A DNA stretch of 64,000 bases from Azolla caroliniana. Taxonomy: Eukaryota; Plantae; Polypodiophyta. A program made the translations under genes and the position numbers. Positions 62,901-64,000 of the stretch are shown here, piece by piece. The notes under the pieces were generated by a model. The model was given only the letters and a program-made list of their open reading frames with translations. It did not search any database and was not told the origin of the DNA. The stretch covers positions 7,626,001-7,690,000 of the forward strand of contig JBHGNT010000010.1 of assembly GCA_043228905.1 (NCBI GenBank), in the 5' to 3' direction. The first letter of the stretch is position 1. Each line of letters begins with the position of its first letter.

Positions 62901-64000
62901 GCCGAGAAAAGACAAGGGCGGAAGAGCGACTTCGGCCGTGCGGAGTTCTCGGGCCCAACGAGGAAATAAACGGAGCCGTGTAGGCGGTCTCCTTCGATGA
63001 TACCTTGGGAATACTGCGAGAGGTGGTCGGAGAGGGCCTTAAAGAGGACCGGACGATACTGGTTTGTTCAGAAGAGATGTATGAAGTCATCGCGGACTTC
63101 AGTCGAGGGCTCGAGTCGGATCGGACGGCCAGGGTTAACACGAAGTACAAGACTGTGGACCGGAAGGTAAGGCCAGTCGCGGCACCCTTACTGGAGGGCA
63201 GCGAGTTGCGAATCGAGGGGGTCGCGTCGGACCCCAGTTTACGTGATCCGGCCTGCATAGGACACACCTTCACCGACGGAACGCCACGGGAGCTCAAAAT
63301 CGGTGGGGGCGGGTTCCTACTGCCGGCGGAAGAAGACCGGTTTCGGAGAATGCTAGGAAGGCATGGGAAAGCCTTCGCATTCTCGCCGGAAGAAATCGGG
63401 TGCATAGACCCGATAGTCATGAAGCCGATGGTGATATTCACGGTACCGCATGTACCATGGAATCTCAAGCCAATTTCGGTACCGAGAGCTCACATCCCGG
63501 AGCTGATGGAGCTATTGAGGCAGAAAGTTGATATGGGCATCCTCGAACCGTCGAGTGCCCCGTACTCGAACCGGTGGTTTACTGTACCGAAGAAGAACGG
63601 GACGTTGCGCTTCATTCAAGACCTGCAGCCGGTCAACAGAGTGACCATTCGGAATGCAAGAATCAGACCAACAATAGACGAGTTCGCGGAGGCCTTCACC
63701 GGAAGGTCGATCTACTCGGTCGGTGATCTGTACTCGGGGTACGATCAGTTCCAACTAGCCGTAGAGAGCAGAGACATTACGACGATGCGGACTCCTCTCG
63801 GCCTAGTGCGGATGTGCACCCTGCCGCAAGGAGGGACGAACTTGGTGGCCCACATGGTGAATGCGATGAACAAGGTGCTGAGGGATTGTATCCCGGACAT
63901 CACCATGCCATTCTTGGACGACATCCCGATCAAGGGATGTCCGGTGGAGGAAAAGGACGAAACAATCGGACCGGACGGATGCTGGAAATTCGTGACGACA
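59930..64000 (+). mobile_element. Ty3/Gypsy F, relative of E, runs off the window
   Basis: LTR 59930-60577 (TGTCG...CGACA); PBS TGGTGAACCCGACGTGAA 60582-60599; gag-PR 60622-62747; RT to window end (FIQDLQPVN, FLDD). Confidence 0.94.

Overview
Eukaryotic, plant-type heterochromatic window made almost entirely of nested transposons. No host gene, rRNA, tRNA gene or CRISPR array is supported. The element mix (self-priming Tcn1-like chromoviruses, RT-less Copia) suggests a moss such as Physcomitrium; this is inference. Nesting reconstructed from LTR/TIR ends and TSDs: a minus-strand Athila/Tat-related Ty3/Gypsy host H (11179 to >59929) carries three insertions. (i) In its 3' LTR sits chromovirus I, which holds RT-less Copia A, which holds a three-LTR chromovirus T. 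(ii) In its integrase sits a 44-kb TIR DNA transposon S (14982-58952, 27-bp TIRs, 4-bp TSD CAGT) with a spliced Sola2-like transposase, a convergent second gene and many TTAGTACTAA palindromes. S contains a tRNA-Ala-primed mini-LTR element J, a tRNA-Trp-primed Gypsy E (holding a near-intact Copia G) and RT-less Copia B (holding Gypsy C, which holds solo LTR K and Gypsy D). (iii) In its RNase H sits tRNA-Trp Gypsy F. Most interesting: the two-gene Sola2-like transposon with its motif arrays; a Gypsy family (H, C, D) with no polypurine tract but a tRNA-3'-end-like sequence in its place; a possibly shared accessory domain between the DNA transposon and these retroelements; and 4-bp CG-centred target sites plus a post-protease -1 frameshift in family E/F. 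tRNA and family assignments are from recalled consensus and need database confirmation.
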